Assembly: GCF_963921235.1 (NCBI RefSeq)
Contig: NC_086101.1
Coordinates: 5,272,001-5,336,000, forward strand
Reading direction: 5' to 3'
Length of the DNA stretch: 64,000 nucleotides
Origin: Mobula hypostoma
Taxonomy: Eukaryota
Shown here one piece after another: positions 24,408-37,300 of the stretch. The notes beneath the pieces are model-generated. The model saw only the letters and a list, made by a program, of their open reading frames with translations, was not told the DNA's origin and searched no databases. Both the position numbers and the translations under genes were made by a program. Within the stretch, counting starts at the first letter, position 1. Each line of letters begins with the position of its first letter.

Positions 24408-26975
24408 CAGTAGTAGTGAGGTCGGAGATGGTATTAAACAGGAAATTAGAAATGTGTGCAATAAAGGAACAGCAGTTATAATGGGTGACTTCAATCTACA
24501 TGTAGACTGGGTGAACCAAATTGGTAAAGGTGCTGAGGAAGAGGATTTCTTGGAATGTATGCGGGATGGTTTTTTGAACCAACATGTCGAGGAACCGACT
24601 AGAGAGCAGGCTATTCTGGACTGGGTTTTGAGCAATGAGGAAGGGTTAATTAGCGATCTTGTCGTGAGAGGCCCCTTGGGTAAGAGTGACCATAATATGG
24701 TGGAATTCTTCATTAACATGGAGAGTGACGTAGTTAATTCAGAAACAAAGGTTCTGAACTTAAAGAGGGGTAACTTTGAAGGTATGAGACATGAATTAGC
24801 TAAGATAGACTGGCAAATGACACTTCAAGGATTGACGGTGGATATGCAATGGCAGGCATTTAAAGGTTGCATGGATGAACTACAACAATTGTTCACCCCA
24901 GTTTGGCAGAAGAATAAATCAAGGAAGGTAGTGCACCCGTGGCTGACAAGAGAAATTAGGGATAGTATCAATTCCAAAGAAGTAGCATACAAATTAGCCA
25001 GAGAAAGTGGCTCACCTGAGGACTGGGAGAAATTCAGAGTTCAGCAGAGGAGGACAAAGGGCTTAATTAGGAAGGGGAAAAAAGATTATGAGAGAAAACT
25101 GGCAGAGAACATAAAAACGGACTGTAAAAGCTTTTATAGATATGTAAAAAGGAAAAGACTGATAAAGACAAATGTAGGTCCCCTGCAAACAGAAACAGGT
25201 GAATTGATTATGGGGAGCAAGGACATGGCAGACCAATTGAATAATTACTTTGGTTCTGTCTTCACTAAGGAGGACATAAATAATCTTCCAGAAATAGTAA
25301 GGGACAGAGGGTCCAGTGAGATGGAGGAACTGAGCGAAATACATGTTAGTAGGGAAGTGGTGTTAGGTAAATTGAAGGGATTGAAGGCAGATAAATCCCC
25401 AGGGCCAGATGGTCTGCATCCCAGAGTGCTTAAGGAAGTGGCCCAAGAAATAGTGGATGCATTAGTGATAATTTTTCAAAACTCGTTAGATTCTGGACTA
25501 GTTCCTGAGGATTGGAGGGTGGCTAATGTAACCCCACTTTTTAAAAAAGGAGGGAGAGAGAAACCGGGGAATTATAGGCCGGTTAGCCTAACGTCGGTGG
25601 TGGGGAAACTGCTGGAGTCAGTTATCAAGGATGTGATAACAGCACATTTGGAAAGCGGTGAAATGATCGGACAAAGTCAGCATGGATTTGTGAAAGGAAA
25701 ATCATGTCTGACGAATCTCATAGAATTTTTTGAGGATGTAACTAGTAGAGTGGATAGGGGAGAACCAGTGGATGTGGTATATTTGGATTTTCAAAAGGCT
25801 TTTGACAAGGTCCCACACAGGAGATTAGTGTGCAAACTTAAAGCACACGGTATTGGGGGTAAGGTATTGGTGTGGGTGGAGAATTGGTTAGCAGACAGGA
25901 AGCAAAGAGTGGGAATAAATGGGACCTTTTCAGAATGGCAGGCGGTGACTAGTGGGGTACCGCAAGGCTCAGTGCTGGGACCCCAGTTGTTTACAATATA
26001 TATTAATGACTTGGATGAGGGAATTAAATGCAGCATCTCCAAGTTTGCGGATGACACAAAGCTGGGTGGCAGTGTTAGCAGTGAGGAGGATGCTAAGAGG
26101 ATGCAGGGTGACTTGGATAGGTTGGGTGAGTGGGCAAACTCATGGCAGATGCAATTTAATGTGGATAAATGTGAAGTTATCCACTTTGGTGGCAAAAATA
26201 GGAAAACAGATTATTATCTGAATGGTGGCCGATTAGGAAAAGGGGAGGTGCAACGAGACCTGGGTGTCATTATACACCAGTCATTGAAAGTGGGCATGCA
26301 GGTACAGCAGGCGGTGAAAAAGGCGAACGGTATGCTGGCATTTATAGCGAGAGGATTCGAGTACAGGAGCAGGGAGGTACTACTGCAGTTGTACAAGGCC
26401 TTGGTGAGACCACACCTGGAGTATTGTGTGCAGTTTTGGTCCCCTAATCTGAGGAAAGACATCTTTGCCATAGAGGGAGTACAAAGAAGGTTCACCAGAT
26501 TGATTCCTGGGATGGCAGGTCTTTCATATGAAGAAAGACTGGATGAACTGGGCTTGTACTCGTTGGAATTTAGAAGATTGAGGGGGGATCTGATTGAAAC
26601 GTATAAGATCCTAAAGGGATTGGACAGGCTAGATGCAGGAAGATTGTTCCCGATGTTGGGGAGGTCTAGAACGAGGGGTCACAGTTTGAGGATAGAGGGG
26701 AAGCCTTTTAGGACCGAGGTTAGGAAAAACTTCTTCACACAGAGAGTGGTGAATCTGTGGAATTCTCTGCCACAGCAAACTGTTGAGGCCAGTTCATTAG
26801 CTATGTTTAAAAGGAAGTTAGATATGGCCCTTGTGGCTACAGGGGTCAGGGGGTATGGAGGGAAGGCTGGGTTCTGAGTTGGATGATCAGCCATGATCAT
26901 AATAAATGGCGGTGCAGGCTCGAAGGGTCGAATGGCCTACTCCTGCACCTATTTTCTATGTTTCTATGTTTCTAT
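24408..26975 (+). mobile_element. Young 5'-truncated CR1 LINE (partial APE, full RT, 3' end), open reading frame
   Basis: ORF 24367-26877; (tttctatg)n tail; near-identical to 29926-32493. Confidence 0.97.
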
Positions 26976-27249
26976 ATAGAAGGCCGCATCGGGAGGACCG
27001 GACGCAGTATATCACCCCAGCCGACTCACAGGTGAATTGTCACCTCACCTGGAAGGACTGTCTGGGGCCCTGAATGGTGGTGAGGGAGAAAGTGTAAGGG
27101 CATGTGTAGCACTTGTTCCGCTTACAAGGATAAGTGTCAGGAGGGAGATCGGTGGGGAGGGATGGGGGTGGGGGGAACGAATGGACAAAGGAGTCGCGTA
27201 GGGAGCGATCCTTGCGGAAAGCTACAAAGATAAGTGTCAGGAGGGAGAT

Positions 27250-28360
27250 CGATTGCTTTTCCCGGTTCTGTTCCGCCCCCCCACCCCATCAGCGTTCGTA
27301 TTTTTGGCGCCGGAACGTGTGACGACACTTGCGGGCTGCCCCCAGCACAAACCTCGGATGGTGGTGGCGTTAACGCAAACGATGTATTTCACTGTATGTT
27401 TCGATTAGATTTATAAATCAATCTAATGTTAATCACCTTTGTTAAAGGCGGCGTTAAGCTGTCCATTCACCCTGCCCGCCTGGTGGGTAGGCGGCCTGGC
27501 CACTGCACCAGGACGTTCGAGCAAAACACAAAACACGCGCGATTGTTTTCCTCAGAGCAGGGTCTGTTGACCGTGTTTTGTTGGGAAGACAGTATTGCCC
27601 TTGGCAGGATACGGGGACAATCTTCACGGAATGGGAAGACCGGGGGCACTCAAGCGGTGAGTTATGAAGGCAGCTTTTGAGCAAGGACGGCGGAGGAATA
27701 CCGCACGAACGTGGGATGGAACAGAGGGCTACAGAGGGGGAAGGCTTCCCCAATTGGAATCAGAATCGCGTTAAGTATTGCTGTATTTAATGTCCGCGGT
27801 CGAACCCGGCCAAGCGAGAGCGGGGGTCGGGGAGTGTTGGGCGCCAAGTGGTGAGACGGGTTGAGTGACCTCGCGGGCCTTGTTTACGCGCAAGCGACCG
27901 CAATAACGGCGAGATTGACGGGCTGGCATCGGAGAAGGCCGCTGCCAAGGACTGGTCTTCCCGGCAGGAGGGGGCTGGGAGGAGGAGCCGGAGGGTGGGT
28001 AGGGTCCACCTCAAGGGCTGTGCTGCCTGCGTCAGTTCTGAGTTTGCTCTTAGCTGCCAGTGCGGAGGGAACCGGCGCCGGCAGGCCGAGGAACGGCGAG
28101 TCGCCCCGCTGAGCGCCGCCCTGATGTTGGCCACGGTCGCGCTTTTGCTGTTCGCCGCCATCGCGCTCCTCCTGGCCCTCGGGATCTGCGGGAGCAGGAG
28201 AGACCCGGCGGAACGGAGCCTCCGATCCATCCCTGGGCCCTCGGCGCTGCCTCTCATCGGGAACCTGGCCGAATTCAACCACAGACACCTCCACGTCCGC
28301 CTCAGCGAACTGGCCAAGACCTTCGGGCCGATTTACAGACTCCGGCTGTGGGGCCAAGGT
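27250..28360 (+). promoter_or_regulatory. CpG-rich putative promoter / 5' region of CYP21
   Basis: Visibly dense CpG over and upstream of exon 1. SF-1/NR5A-like words CCAAGGACT (27945-27953) and ACAAGGCCC (- strand, 27875-27883), forkhead-like TGTTTAC (27881-27887). TSS not determined; motifs are short and unvalidated. Confidence 0.5.
28124..28358 (+). CDS. CYP21A2: CYP21 exon 1 (MLATVALLL...[12 protein letters not shown])
   Basis: Hydrophobic signal-anchor, [22 protein letters not shown]; donor caag|gtaagg, phase 1. Confidence 0.92.
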
Positions 28361-31300
28361 AAGGCCACAGTACCCTAAGGGAGGGGGCAGTAATTCTACA
28401 GCTTCAGTGGTCTGCACGAGGTTCTGCAGATACTGGAAATCCAGCGCAATGCACACAAAATGTTGGAGGAACTCAGCAGGTCAGGCAGCATCTATGGATG
28501 AGAATAATCGATCTACGTTTCGGACCAGACCCATCGATACTGCCGGATCTGCCGAGTTCCTGCAACTCCTGCCGGACTGTATCAGTGTCTGCGGATCCTA
28601 CGGATTCATCGGCGTTCTGGAGAGGGGGAGCCTGCGACATGGTTAACAGCATGCTCTCCATAACCTATGACATTTTACGCAACATCCATGGTGCACCCCC
28701 GGCCAGCGGAGGCCACCACCAGATTCCTATCCTGGATCAGTCGGTCTGCTGAGGTCCGTTGTGAAGCCACACCTGTGAATGAGACCAGACCTGCACGGAA
28801 TGGTTTAGAGTGGGGGTTTGCCATTTTCCAAAGCGAGGTGCCGGCCGGACAAAATTGCCAGTACTTCTGGGAAGTCACGCACCGCGGCGTTCCTCCTTCT
28901 CCGCGGCCCCGGTCCGCACATTGCATCTCGGCTCCCGCATTCGGCGGCTGATGCCCTCCGTTGGTCAGGGTTCGGCCTAACTCTGCGCGACGGGCTAACC
29001 GGGGCGGTACGATAGGGAGAGCAAGCTCTTGCCCACGCAGCAAGTTCCCCCTCTCCACACAGCTGATCAATCCAAAGGAAAGGCAAAAACCGGGACAGAT
29101 TGGCAGCAGCGGCTTTGCGAGAGTTGCCAGGCAGCGTTGAACTCAACGTAGTACTGCCTTAGGGAGGCCAGTTCCCGCATTTGCCCTCGGAGTTTACTCC
29201 CGAAGCCTTCCCCATGAGTGGGTATAGCCGCAAGGCAGCGGAGGTTTCCTTCTCCTAGATGAACTGTCAGCTACGGCTGACGAGCCCCATCTGCACGAAG
29301 GAGATGGTTTTAAGGCGCCAGTAAATCCGCCTTTGCCCCTTCTCCTGTCCGCCGGAATTAATAGCCGTGCTGCACGCTCAGGCCAGGGGCTGGACTTGGG
29401 TGCCAGGGGTTATTTGAGACGCAGCCATTGGGAGTATTTTTAACATATCGCGGATCTCTTTTCATTTCCCGGGACTGAAATAGCTAACACGAAGGGGCAT
29501 AGTTTTAAGGTGCCTGGAAGTAGGTACAGAGGATGTCAGGGGTAAGCTTTTCACAGAGAGTGGGTGCGTGGAATGCACTGCAGACGACGGTGGTGGAGAC
29601 GGATACAACAGGGTCTTTTAAGCTTCTGCATGGAGCTTAGAAAAATAGAACGCTGTGCGGTAAGGTGATGCTAGGCAGTTTCTAGAGCAGGTGACATGGT
29701 CAGCACAACATTGTGGGCCGAAGGGCCTGTAATGTACTGTCGATTTCTATGTTCTATGTTCTTGCTCTTCCACCCCTGCCCCCGGCTCTGGCAACCTTAG
29801 GGAACCACTTTCAGTGGTGAGGGGAATACATTTATCGGGGAGTTACGTGACAGGAGAACTATGGCGGGTTATTGTTAGATCCAGGGGGGCGACGTGGAGA
29901 GGCACGTTCCCCAGTCACTCCATAGATAGAAACATAGAAACATAGAAAATAGGTGCAGGAGTAGGCCATTCGACCCTTCGAGCCTGCACCGCCATTTATT
30001 ATGATCATGGCTGATCATCCAACTCAGAACCCAGCCTTCCCTCCATACCCCCTGACCCCTGTAGCCACAAGGGCCATATCTAACTTCCTTTTAAACATAG
30101 CTAATGAACTGGCCTCAACAGTTTGCTGTGGCAGAGAATTCCACAGATTCACCACTCTCTGTGTGAAGAAGTTTTTCCTAATCTCGGTCCTAAAAGGCTT
30201 CCCCTCTATCCTCAAACTGTGACCCCTCGTTCTGGACCTCCCCAACATCGGGAACAATCTTCCCGCATCTAGCCTGTCCAATCCCTTTAGGATCTTATAC
30301 GTTTCAATCAGATCCCCCCTCAATCTTCTAAATTCCAATGAGTACAAGCCCAGTTCATCCAGTCTTTCTTCATATGAAAGACCTGCCATCCCAGGAATCA
30401 ATCTGGTGAACCTTCTTTGTACTCCCTCTATGGCAAAGATGTCTTTCCTCAGATTAGGGGACCAAAACTGCACACAATACTCCAGGTGTGGTCTCACCAA
30501 GGCCTTGTACAACTGCAGTAGTACCTCCCTGCTCCTGTACTCGAATCCTCTCGCTATAAATGCCAGCATACCGTTCGCCTTTTTCACCGCCTGCTGTACC
30601 TGCATGCCCACTTTCAATGACTGGTGTATAATGACACCCAGGTCTCGTTGCACCTCCCCTTTTCCTAATCGGCCACCATTCAGATAATAATCTGTTTTCC
30701 TATTTTTGCCACCAAAGTGGATAACTTCACATTTATCCACATTAAATTGCATCTGCCATGAGTTTGCCCACTCACCCAACCTATCCAAGTCACCCTGCAT
30801 CCTCTTAGCATCCTCCTCACTGCTAACACTGCCACCCAGCTTTGTGTCATCCGCAAACTTGGAGATGCTGCATTTAATTCCCTCATCCAAGTCATTAATA
30901 TATATTGTAAACAACTGGGGTCCCAGCACTGAGCCTTGCGGTACCCCACTAGTCACCGCCTGCCATTCTGAAAAGGTCCCATTTATTCCCACTCTTTGCT
31001 TCCTGTCTGCTAACCAATTCTCCACCCACACCAATACCTTACCCCCAATACCGTGTGCTTTAAGTTTGCACACTAATCTCCTGTGTGGGACCTTGTCAAA
31101 AGCCTTTTGAAAATCCAAATATACCACATCCACTGGTTCTCCCCTATCCACTCTACTAGTTACATCCTCAAAAAATTCTATGAGATTCGTCAGACATGAT
31201 TTTCCTTTCACAAATCCATGCTGACTTTGTCCGATCATTTCACCGCTTTCCAAATGTGCTGTTATCACATCCTTGATAACTGACTCCAGCAGTTTCCCCA

Positions 31301-34182
31301 CCACCGACGTTAGGCTAACCGGCCTATAATTCCCCGGTTTCTCTCTCCCTCCTTTTTTAAAAAGTGGGGTTACATTAGCCACCCTCCAATCCTCAGGAAC
31401 TAGTCCAGAATCTAACGAGTTTTGAAAAATTATCACTAATGCATCCACTATTTCTTGGGCCACTTCCTTAAGCACTCTGGGATGCAGACCATCTGGCCCT
31501 GGGGATTTATCTGCCTTCAATCCCTTCAATTTACCTAACACCACTTCCCTACTAACATGTATTTCGCTCAGTTCCTCCATCTCACTGGACCCTCTGTCCC
31601 TTACTATTTCTGGAAGATTATTTATGTCCTCCTTAGTGAAGACAGAACCAAAGTAATTATTCAATTGGTCTGCCATGTCCTTGCTCCCCATAATCAATTC
31701 ACCTGTTTCTGTTTGCAGGGGACCTACATTTGTCTTTATCAGTCTTTTCCTTTTTACATATCTATAAAAGCTTTTACAGTCCGTTTTTATGTTCTCTGCC
31801 AGTTTTCTCTCATAATCTTTTTTCCCCTTCCTAATTAAGCCCTTTGTCCTCCTCTGCTGAACTCTGAATTTCTCCCAGTCCTCAGGTGAGCCACTTTCTC
31901 TGGCTAATTTGTATGCTACTTCTTTGGAATTGATACTATCCCTAATTTCTCTTGTCAGCCACGGGTGCACTACCTTCCTTGATTTATTCTTTTGCCAAAC
32001 TGGGATGAACAATTGTTGTAGTTCATCCATGCAACCTTTAAATGCCTGCCATTGCATATCCACCGTCAATCCTTGAAATGTCATTTGCCAGTCTATCTTA
32101 GCTAATTCACGTCTCATACCTTCAAAGTTACCCCTCTTTAAGTTCAGAATCTTTGTTTCTGAATTAACTACGTCACTCTCCATGTTAATGAAGAATTCCA
32201 CCATATTATGGTCACTCTTACCCAAGGGGCCTCTCACGACAAGATCGCTAATTAACCCTTCCTCATTGCTCAAAACCCAGTCCAGAATAGCCTGCTCTCC
32301 AGTCGGTTCCTCGACATGTTGGTTCAAAAAACCATCCCGCATACATTCCAAGAAATCCTCTTCCTCAGCACCTTTACCAATTTGGTTCACCCAATCTACA
32401 TGTAGATTGAAGTCACCCATTATAACTGCTGTTCCTTTATTGCACACATTTCTAATTTCCTGTTTAATACCATCTCCGACCTCACTACTACTGTTAGGTG
32501 GCCTGTACACAACTCCCACCAGCGTCTTCTGCCCCTTAGTGTTACGCAGCTCTACCCATATCGATTCCACATCTTCCCGGCTTATGTCCTTCCTTTCTAT
32601 TGCGTTAATCTCTTTTTTAACCAGCAACGCCACCCCACCTCCCCTTCCTTCATGTCTATCCCTCCTGAATATTGAATATCCCTGAACGTTGAGCTCCCAT
32701 CCCTGGTCACCCTGGAGCCATGTCTCTGTGATCCCAACTATATCATAATCATTAATAACAATCTGCACTTTCAATTCATCCACCTTATTACGAATGCTCC
32801 TTGCATTGACACATAAAGCCTTCAGGCGCTCTTTTACAACTCTCTTAGCCCTTTTTAATGCTTGCCCTGGATTTGTCGGCCTGCCACTTTTACTTTTCCC
32901 CTTTGTACTTTTTGCTTCTACGCTCACTTTACACCCCTCTGTCTCTCTGCACTGGTTCCCATCCCTCTGTTGTGAACTAACCTCCTCACACCTAGCCGCT
33001 TTAATTTGATTCCCACCCCCCAACCATTCTAGTTTAAAGTCACCTCAGTAGCCCCCGCTAATCTCCCTGCCAGGATATTGGTCCCCCTAGGATTTAAGTG
33101 TAACCCGTCCTTTTTGTACAGGATGGTGGCAGGAATTCCAGACACTGATCCCTTAAACTTGCCATGCAAGTTGATCGGGTGGTTGAGAATTCGTACGGCG
33201 TGTTGGCTTAATTAATCGGGGGGTTGAGTTCGAGAGCCGCGAGGTAATGTTGCAGCTCTATAAAACCCTGGTTAAACCACACTTGGAATATTGTGTTCAG
33301 TTCTGGCCACCTGAATGATATGGGCTCTTTAGAGAGGGTGCAGAGGAGATTTACCAGGACGCTGTCTGCACTGCAGACCACGACTTACGAGGATAGTTTG
33401 AGCGAGCGGTAGGGCTTTTCTCCTTGGGGCGAAGGAGGGTGGGAGTTAACTTGACAGAAGTGTACAAGATGATAAGAGGCACATATCGAGTGGACAGACA
33501 GTTATTTTTTCCCGGGGGTTGGGGAGTGGAGAATCGCTCATCCGAGAGGTCATAATTTTAAGGTGATTGGAGTAAAGTATAGGGTGGATGTCAGAACTAT
33601 CTTTTTATACAGAGAGTGGTGGGTATATGTCAGGGGTGCTGGGGGAGGCGGATAGAGACATTTAAGAGACCCTTAAATAGGCACACGGATGATAGAAAAA
33701 CGGGGGGCTATTTGGGAGGGAAGGGTCAGATCGATCTTATAGTGGTTAAAAGGTCGGACGGACCTGTACCGTGCTATAATATTCTATGCTACGTGTTCCC
33801 AAGGGCAGAGAGGTAATGGAGTCGTGTGCGACAGCCCCATCCGAAAGTTGACGTTTTAAATCGGCAGCGAGCCGAGATTCTGACCAGACTCTACCGGGTG
33901 ATCTACCTGGGGTATAAATTCGTCTTGACATGAACACATTTCTTCTGAAATCCAGATATCATTGTCCTAAACTCCTTGGATGTGATCAAAGAAGCGCTGG
34001 TGAAGAGGTCGTCAGAGTTCGCTGGGCGCCCGAAGTCGTTTGTAGGTAAGGTGAGCCTGCGCCGGCGCCTGGTGCGACCCAGCGACTGCGCGGAGATTCC
34101 AGATTGCTCCATGTCATTTCCAGTACACAAGTGTAAAGGAGAATGAAATAACCGTTACTCCGGATCGATGCAGCAAAGCGCA

Positions 34183-34218
<36 letters not shown>

Positions 34219-34224
34219 GACACA

Positions 34225-34256
<32 letters not shown>

Positions 34257-34294
34257 ACACTCACATCATACACACACACATACCACACTCACAT

Positions 34295-34333
<39 letters not shown>

Positions 34334-37300
34334 CACACACATACCACAGTCACATCATACACTCACATACACACACACTCACACACATACCACACTCACA
34401 TCATACACACACAGCACACTCACATACACACACATACATCACACACAAACGATAAAACACACACAATAAATATAAATACGTAAGACAGCTAGATAGCTGA
34501 TATATATTTGATTGATTGTATGACCATAAAGTGACGCTAGGCACAGGAGTGTCTGTTGTCACGTACTCCGTGACGGGAATAAAGAAACCAGCAGAAATAG
34601 AAACCACTTTGGAGTCTAGTATTGCTAATAACTGATAATATTTATTAATAACTATGCAATACAGTAAACTAAGTGAAGATAAATCAAACAGGTTAGCAAG
34701 GATTATATATATAAGTAAGTAAATCAGTAAGTGTGGAAAAACATGAATGAGAAACCAAGCTTCTTTAAGTCTAGGGGTAAAAGGATACAGTCTTACGATG
34801 TTGAGTAAAGTTCAGTTCAGTTCGTGGTATTTAGTTGAATAGCGAAGCAGAGAGAGTGAGAGAGAGAGTGAGTTGAATCTTCAGGTGAGCTGTTGCCGTC
34901 GATTTCCTCGTCGTCCTCGGAAATCCTTCACAAGTCACCGACTGTGACTTTAACAACAAAGTGTGGTTGAGCTGTCTACCCAGGCCAGGGTCGGACACAT
35001 GGTCAACTCCCCACCGGTCTTGCCTTTGAATTTTCACTGGCAGAGCACTTGGATCAATCCGCCTGATCGATCCTCCAAAACCCACTTTCTCTGCTGGCAC
35101 AACAATGCTCACTCAGTGTCCAGATCATGTGTCTGAGGTCTGTAACATCTGACCTCCTATTTATTTCACCAGGCTGAGCATCACCTGTCATTCAAAGAGT
35201 CCCTCCTTCCTTTGTCTGTAAAGGATTGCGAGCAGGCAACAAGTCCTCGGAAATAACATCAATTAATCCCCTGTTAGTCACCATAGCAACCTTCGAGCTG
35301 CTCAGTTTTTATCTCCAAAGTAAAACTCCAAAGTTAACTCCCGTGTCAGTCCAACCGTCAATCTTCGTCTCTCTCTCCTTTCCAAACAAACCATCAATGA
35401 TAAATGTCTCGCTCTGTCTCTCTTCAATCAGTTAATAGGGGCACTCCTGGATCCCCTCACACTGTACATAAGATGACTGACAGGAAATGATAAAGTAGTG
35501 GAGGGGTGGGTTACATAAACAGAAATCAACAGCGCATTACAGGCCCTTTGGCCCACAATCTTGTGCCGACTACTCTAGAAGCTGCCTAGAATTTCCCTCG
35601 TGCATAGCCCTCTATTTTTCTAAGCTCCACGAATCTATCTAAGAGTCTCTTAAAAGCCCCTCTTGTATCCGCCTTCACCACCTTCGCTGGCACTGTATTC
35701 CACACACCCACCGCTCTCTGTGTGGAAAACTTATCTGGGACATCCCCCTTGTAACTACCTCTAAACACCTTAAAACTATGCCCCCTCGGGTTAGCCATTT
35801 CATCCCTGGGGAAAAGGCCTCTGGTATCCATAGGATCAATGCCTCTCATCATCATATACACCTCTATCAGGTCACCTCTCATCCTCCGTCGCTCCAAGGA
35901 GAAAAGGCCGAGTTCACTCAACCTATTGTGTTGGTGAGTGGAGGTGATGATCAGTTTTACTGTTCGGGGAAAGTAACTAAGTTTGTGCGAGATGCACACT
36001 CCCAGGAGTCTGAGACCGCTCGCAGTTTCCACTGCTGTGCCACCGACGTAAAGAGGGGCGTGAGTGGAGCGAGTTCTTTGAGCAGTTTCGGGGCTTTCTT
36101 TGACGGAGAGGTATTGACGCAAACACCAAGTGAAAACCCGCGGATGCCGATGGTCTGAAGTAACAGCTGAAAGTGTTGGAGATGCTGAAGGAGAGGGTGT
36201 GCGTGTGGGGTGGGGGCAATGGAGTTAATATTTAATCCTACACCAGAACCGCTGGAGGAACTTACACTTCTTCCGGACTGCGGAAAGAACTGGACTCTTC
36301 TCGCTCCGGGAAACCTCAGGCGAGAGGTGTGTCTGAACTCGGGGTTAGGTGGGCGGCAACAAGGTCGGTGACAGGGTGAAGGCAAAAGAATGGAGACCGA
36401 GAACTGAGGGCAGAAAATCTGCCGGGGAAAAGAGGCGGAGATGAGAAACGGCGACAGAGCCGTCATCATCATCGCTGAGCGCCGAGTCGTAGGACGTAGG
36501 AGATCATGGTCTTTGGCCGGGATTGTTCTGCAGAAGTGCTTTGCCATTGCCTTCTTCCGGGCAGTGTGTTTGCAAGACAGGAGACCCCAGCCATTACCAA
36601 TACCCTCGTCTGCCTGGCGTCAGTGGCCGCATCATCAGGTCCTGTGATGTGCATCGGATGCCCACAGGACATCCGCCATACGTCAACCGCTGCCTGCTCC
36701 CATGACTTGACATAACCCCGATCAGCCGCGGGAGTGGGGGCTACGCAGGTGCTACACCTCGCCCAAGGGGTGACCTGGCAGCCGGCGGAGGATACGGGCC
36801 CTTACTCATCCTTCGGTAGAGGCACCCCTTAGTAGACCCCACCACCCAGGAAAATGAACAACGAAACAAAACAAAAAAAAAACACGCGGGACTGTGACGA
36901 TGTGAGAGGACTGTCCTGCCGAGGTCAGAAGGTCAAACCCGTCATCGGCGAGCCCTGGGGTCGCTATCCCGAGGTCGGCGAAGTCCGGAGTCCAACATCG
37001 GAGGTTGAGTTCGGAGGTAGGAAGCCCTTAAAATCGAAGACCGAAGTCGGAGAGTCCCGCGGTACGGGCCCGAAAGTTACGAGTACGAGTCCGGGCCAGA
37101 GACTGGAGGTTGGAGGCCCGATGTCTGCGAGTCTGAGTCTGAGGCCAAGGACTGGAGGCACGGAGGCGGCCGGACCTGGGGGCGGAGGGCTGTCTGTGCG
37201 GGAGGGCGAGAAAAGATATTTTCTTTTCACCCGTTATTTTGCTTTGTTCTGTTGTTGTTACCGCTGCTTGTGTTGTTCGGCTAAACATTGCGGACATGTT

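Larger units (their letters stand above)
23735..27220 (-). mobile_element. Penelope-like element (GIY-YIG end plus terminal repeat) split by the CR1 at 24408-26975
   Basis: 23735-24407 and 26976-27220 are colinear with the copy at 722-1540. Confidence 0.85.
29926..33122 (-). mobile_element. Young CR1 LINE in CYP21 intron 1 (antisense): end of ORF1 plus intact ORF2
   Basis: ORF2 frame open 33044->30024 with APE (VNARSI, ITETW, YRPP, GDFN, SDHN) and RT (KFADD); ORF1 C-terminus 33121->33029. Confidence 0.97.

Noticed and set aside
25791..26900. Antisense ORFs (e.g. MPPKWITSH..., MNLLCTPS...) duplicated at 30001-31110
   Set aside because: Shadow frames of the CR1 RT, repeated only because the CR1 is repeated.
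27995..28123. Longer N-terminus for CYP21 from the ORF track
   Set aside because: The track start is GTG; ATG 28124 directly precedes the signal-anchor as expected for a microsomal P450.
28498..28752. ORF in CYP21 intron 1 ending IPILDQSVC, faintly like the Lhx tail IDHSSLC
   Set aside because: Similarity is at chance level, the 5' part is Penelope repeat, and there is no convincing acceptor.
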